A stretch of 62,673 nt of DNA, the filler included. It is 6 parts of 6 records of this genome, joined end to end, with 100 filler letters (N's around TTAATTAATTAA, not from the genome) between each part and the next. Parts side by side here need not be neighbours in the genome. Positions count along the whole stretch, not along the records: positions 52,091 to 62,673 come from SRR20825019_2855; 5 more parts are not named here. The stretch is one strand, 5' to 3'. Positions 57,901 through 62,673 of this stretch are shown here, in pieces (the stretch's first letter is position 1; each line of letters starts with the position of its first letter). The notes under the pieces were generated by a model that was not told the DNA's origin, made no database searches, and saw only the letters and a program-made list of their open reading frames with translations. The position numbers and the translations under genes were made by a program.

Positions 57901-59608
57901 GTCACTACCTCCTGCACTTTTGGAGGACTGGGGGGCTTTGCAGGTGCCGCAGCGACGGGCCGAGCCGCCTGTTGCGAGACATGATTGGCAACCGGGCCAC
58001 GGGCAATGCCTGCTGGGGCCGCCCGAAGCTCCGCGGGCTTTCCGCCCCTAGCTGCTACCACACCGTTGAGATAATATGCGGTCTTTGAATGAGTCTCGCT
58101 GTTGCCTCGGATGGCTACCTGCCCGGGAGTCTGGCCGCTCTAAGGATGCAACCGCGACAAGGTGAGATAATATACCGCGAATACATTGTGTCTCCCCCAC
58201 CTTATTTGTGGCCATGGGGTCGGCACCGAGGTCCACAAGCACCCGGCAGAGATCTGCGTGACCCTGCCCGGCCGCTACATGAAGCGCAGTGGCGCCATCA
58301 TCTGACGTGGCGTCCACGAAGGCACCGAATCCAATGAGAAGTCGAGAAGAGGACTCATCGCCTGATCGCCGGAGTGTCAGGCGCGGGCACCACCATCATC
58401 GCGCCAGCATCAGCGATTCTTACCACTAAGAGCCGAGTAGTGTAGCGCGGTCCAGCCGTGTTCGTCCTCCCGGCTATCAACATCGGCCTGTCCGGCCTTC
58501 AACAAAGCGTGGATACCCTCTGCGTCGCCTGCATCCCGCTCCTGGTCAGGCCGTGTCCACAATCATTCCACGAATTCTTCACCCACCTGACAGCGACATC
58601 CGCATCAGGCGGCGGCTGGGCTGGACAGCCTCAACCGCAGGCACTGTCCCATCGGCGGCGGCGGCACTCTCATTGACTGAGGGGAGGCTGCCCGCCTCGG
58701 AACGGCGAGGTCCCGGTGGTTTTACCTCAGGTTCCACCGCCGGGGTGGTGCTTGGTGGTGGAGCGGTGACGCTCTTGCGGCGCACCATCTCGTCAAAAGT
58801 TTCCTTGTTGATCGAGCCTCGGGTCAGCATATGCGACAGCTTGGTCATAGGCAAGGCGGCGCCGGCTCCAACAACGGTCGATCTCCGCCTCGCCACGGCA
58901 CTCATCTCCTCCTAGCCACAGAAAAAAAAAAAAAGTGAGTGATTGGACTCGAAATATATGGGTGGCTAGCTACACACATCGCTGACAATGCCCTGGTCGT
59001 GGAGTCGGGAAAGCCTGCGAAGGTACGGGTCCTCCTCGTCTCCAATCTGAATCACTACGTTCTGCACCGGCGAGTCCACGGCCTCGGTGGCACCAGCCGC
59101 ATGCCCCTCCACGCTAACGGGCTGAATGTGCACCACCTCCTCCCCAGGTGGGGCCGTCGGTGCGCCCCGGGTCGACGCGCGGCGGGGATTGACCGAGGCC
59201 ACCTGGATCCTTCGCGCCTGCTCCGACGTGATCCGCTTCTGCTCAGCGAGGCGGCTGCGGGCGCGCTCCAGCCGCTCCTTTTCACTGTTCAGGTCACGAA
59301 CAATTGGGGGCACCCTGCATCAGGACCAAGTCAATCGAGCCATCTTCCGAGATCACTGGCTGCACTCACCTGTCAATGCCGGCAGCCTGGAGACCTTGCT
59401 GGATCTTGCCGGGAGGGGTGGGGGGGTCGTCGTAGTCTTGGGGCCGAGTCAATACGGCCCCCGCAGGAGCGAAGGATGTGCTCAGTGGTGTGGTGCCTCG
59501 GCCCACTGGTCGGGAAGCCAGGCCGTCCGGAGTTGGGCGGGGCTTGCCGCGGGTACCGTCTCCAAGGACAGTCACAGTGACTGAAGGGGGCATCCTCCGC
59601 CTTACCAT
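54907..59608 (-). CDS. Ankyrin-repeat + DUF4139-like protein, multi-exon
   Basis: Spliced ankyrin repeats (GWTALHYSALSG; GATALHVAAGQGHADLCRVLVDLGAD; SGQTP), Ala/Arg/Thr/Pro IDR, then DUF4139-family N-terminus VTLNVFHHRAAIVSDAREM...VFDRVPSGLDMTS. C-terminus TESFSVKIKN..VVIKETIPRWKNW..LEFVLTLPPASERRVVYTVEY, stop at 54907. Exact start and middle exons (55300-56700) not fully resolved. Confidence 0.72.
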
Positions 59609-59679
59609 ACTGCAGTGTCACTGGAGCACTCACTAGTGGCGCTTGACACATATAATAGCTCTCAAAAAACAACTGGAAA

Positions 59680-60660
59680 AGAACACCCGGCGGTGGCGTC
59701 GCCGGCGGGCTGCGGCTTCGGGTGCAGTCGGCGGGCGGGTGCTGCTGATCTCCTCTGAGAACCCGGGGAACGGGTGCGCAGCCCGTCTCGATCCCACCGG
59801 CACCCGGGCGCGGGGCCCGCCCCGGCCGCCGGGCCGCACTGTTGCCCGGCCGCGGCCGCGCGGCCGCAGCGCCTGTGAGGGTGAGGCCGGCCCAGCAGGC
59901 AGCGGCGCCGGGGGCGGCCCCGGAGGCACCTTGGGCCCTCCCCGGCGCCGCCGGCCTCTCGGGGCAGGCCGCCGGTGCCGCCGGACCAGGCTGGCGTGCA
60001 ACCGCCTGATCCACTGAATCGGCTCAGCAACAATCGCCCTCGAAACAGCCAGACCTATTCGAAAAATATATCTTCCCGTTTGGGAGATGTCGGTGGATCC
60101 TGTGTCAGTTCTGACTCGCCTCTGAGTGCTGCCAAAGTGATTTCAAACCTGAACGGCTATCATCACGCCGTACGGCCTGCCCGGGGCGCAGGCACAAAGG
60201 AACCGCCGTGCCCGGGAGCCGGCGTTGCACAGCGCGGCGGGCGCCCGGCGGCCCGGCCGGCGCCCCGGCCCAGCCGGGCAGCCTGGACTGAAGGCGGCGC
60301 GGGGCCTCGGTGGGCCGGCCGCGGGCTCACCACTGGCGGCCACCCGGCCGGGGCCCGGCGGCCCGGGCCAGCGGGGCCGGGCGGTGACGGTCACGACTCA
60401 CGGGCCGCCGACCCGGCCCCGCACGGCACTCAAACCGGCTGTACCTGGCCGGGCGGGCCTAGCCCAGAGGGAGACCCGGCAGCAGTGCCCACCCGTCGAG
60501 AGCGGTCCGACCGGGCGCTAGCCTCACCGCGGACCGCACTTGGCCGCCCAGAACCGGCAGGCCCTCCCAGTTGCTTGGGCGCCGGCTGGGCTGGGTACGG
60601 TTGGCAAAGGCGCCGCGGGGCGGCCCGGGATCGACCGGGTGTGTAGGGGGGAGGGAAGCC
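59680..60660. promoter_or_regulatory. Very GC-rich divergent intergenic island
   Basis: Two GC blocks around a less GC-rich core (~60010-60170), between divergently oriented gene starts. Confidence 0.5.
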
Positions 60661-60870
60661 GGCACTGAACTCTCCCGGTCGGGTCGAGGCTTTGGCCCAA
60701 GGTGCTGCTGGCTATGGAAGGGGGCTGAGTTTGTAGGAGTTCCAACATGGCCTTGGCGGCAGTAGCGCTGGGGCGGCGGCGGGAGCTGTTACCAGTGGGC
60801 CCCGCCGCTAAGGCTCAAGTATGTGTCTTGTGAACGTGTCCTGGGTCCTCAGGAGCAGGGTGGCGACAAC

Positions 60871-62383
60871 ATGGCGATGCAACCACCCGAGGAGTTGCTG
60901 GACGTGAGTGTTTCGCCAACTGTTGTGTTCTGTGGTTCGATCGTGCTGTTCTGTGGCAGCCCTTGGGGCTCCAGGGCGGTGTCAGCAGTGTGCGGACCGG
61001 GGGTTTGACTGACGTGGTGTGGTGCATGCAGTCGTACATGAACAACCATGGGTTCCTCGACCTAATCGGAGGGATGATGGAGAATCTTCTGAGGGAGAAG
61101 CCGGTATGTCCACATTTTGTCTGGTCTTTTGACTAGCCCCGGACGGTGGTCGTGACGCCTCCGTTTGGAATTCTGCGGACACTAACGCCTCTCTAGCCTA
61201 ATCCGATCGACGCGATGATAGAATACCTGGAGTCGCAGAAGACGGCTGCCAAGGGCTTTGGGAAAAAGACTTCCAAGAAGGTGATTGTTATTCTTGGTAG
61301 GTCGCGGATAGGCACGGCTTGGCGGGCGCGCGGTGTGGCTGCTGACTGCAGTCCTCTTAGGGCCACCGGGAGCTGGCAAGACGGCGATGTGCGAGTACGT
61401 CGTGAAGGAGTTTGGATATGCAAGGGTGGGGGTTAGAGACTTGCTCCGGGCGGAGATCAAGAGTGGCTCGCAGGAAGGCCGGGTGAGGACTGGCACTGTT
61501 GCTGTGGTAGTTGGCACGGACGTCTAACGGATCCCTGCTTCGTTTGTAGATTGCTCTGCAGGCGCTGAGGGAGGGTACCGTTGTGCCAGGAAATATCACA
61601 CTGAACCTGGTCCGCCGGGCCATTCAGAAGGAGGGCAACAAAGGTGTGTGCGTGATCTTGCGAGCGGAATCCTTCCCGTGCGTGCTAGAGCCTAGAACTT
61701 CGTATTGACTGTGGGTATGTCAGTGGTGCTGGAAGGGTTCCCCCGTTCGTATGAGCAGGCGCTCAAGTTTGATGAGGTGAGGCGACGTGTGGGTATCGGG
61801 CCCGGCTGACTGTCTTGCGCAAGTCCATCGGAGCGGATCTCTTCTTGTGGCTAGACTGCGAGGAGGAGCTAGGCGTTCGCCGCCTCCAGAACGACACAAA
61901 GATCCAGCAGGCTCAGGCGGCCCTCGGGGAGATGTCTGATGATCTGCTCTGGAAGCGGGTGAAACTGTTCACGGACACCACCATGGTCGCCGTGAGGCAT
62001 TATGAGAGGCAAGACCGTATCCACAGGGTCAGTGCACTCGCCGTCCTTTCCCGCGGGGTGTTTTTTTGTGATGTTTTTGTGATGTTTTTTTGTGATGATG
62101 CGTGCCTATTTATGGGTTGAATATGCCGCCCCCGGTGCCGTGGCATGGGGTGGATGATCGGTGAGAATCGTCAATTCTCAATTCGTGACGTGGTTGATCA
62201 TGAAAATGTATCCCAAGTGTCTGGTTGGTGTGATGGTCTCAGGGCTCTTGGTTGGGGTTGCCTTCTTGGCGGGCTTCGAGGCTGTGCGATTCTGATGAAT
62301 GGCATGTGCAGGTGGATACGAATCGGGGGTTGGACGAAGTGTGGGCCGAGGTCAAGAACATCATCAAGGCCTCAAATATTTAG
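60871..62383 (+). CDS. Adenylate/UMP-CMP kinase-like protein with N-terminal RIIa/Dpy-30-type dimerization-docking domain, 8 exons
   Basis: Spliced: MAMQPPEELLD|SYMNNHGFLDLIGGMMENLLREKP|PNPIDAMIEYLE..VIVILG|PPGAGKT..DLLRAEIKSGS..|..VVLEGFPRSYEQA..|..WLDCEEE..|VDTNRGLDEVWAEV..*; stop 62381-62383. Confidence 0.85.
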
Positions 62384-62673
62384 TAGGATCTTGGCTGCTA
62401 ACACTTGGGCATGGCCGTCTATCAGTACTAAAGTGCGGTTCATTCATCATATCAATCCCCTGACTGGCTTGTGTACATTGATGCTCCTTGGTGGTATTCA
62501 GTCTCACAAGGTTGCTGAATATCACCAACATCGTCAAGTTCGACATTGAGACATGCAAAGAAAACTAAGACAGTAACTGATGCAACTTATTTGTGTGAGT
62601 AAAAAGAACTCTTTTTAATGTACAATTGGAGAGAAAGAGGCATTTACATGCCCTCCTCCTCCTCCTCATCGTA

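Overview
This window is not one locus. It is six unrelated contigs joined by artificial 100-nt spacers (44 N + TTAATTAATTAA + 44 N). Four contigs (1-13809, 13910-25510, 42190-51990, 52091-62673) are from a compact, gene-dense microbial eukaryote with mostly 50-60 nt GT-AG introns and very GC-rich promoter islands. They encode a bacterial-type TPR-CHAT protein that has lost its catalytic dyad, ATM/Tel1 kinase, a 3R-Myb, an alpha-kinase-WD40 (MHCK-like) protein, glutaryl-CoA dehydrogenase, a 48-aa STMP1-like micropeptide, GH38 alpha-mannosidase and several unusual multidomain proteins. Two contigs are bacterial: 25611-32595 is Marinobacter-like (katG, class I aldolase, MBL hydrolase, dusC, htpG) and 32696-42089 is Flavobacteriaceae-like (mtaB, lytic transglycosylase, PadR, rpmH, carB). 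These are most likely co-cultured or co-binned bacteria. The most interesting element is a 7-exon, ~1020-aa secreted eukaryotic protein (20609-23988) that the ORF track splits into fragments. It has three tandem domains resembling phage receptor-binding/tail-fibre heads, two copies of an unrecognised ~105-aa repeat, an H-type lectin domain and a long coiled coil, making it a candidate phage-tail-like adhesin for recognising bacteria. All gene models were spliced by hand. All domain calls come from motif recognition, not database searches.
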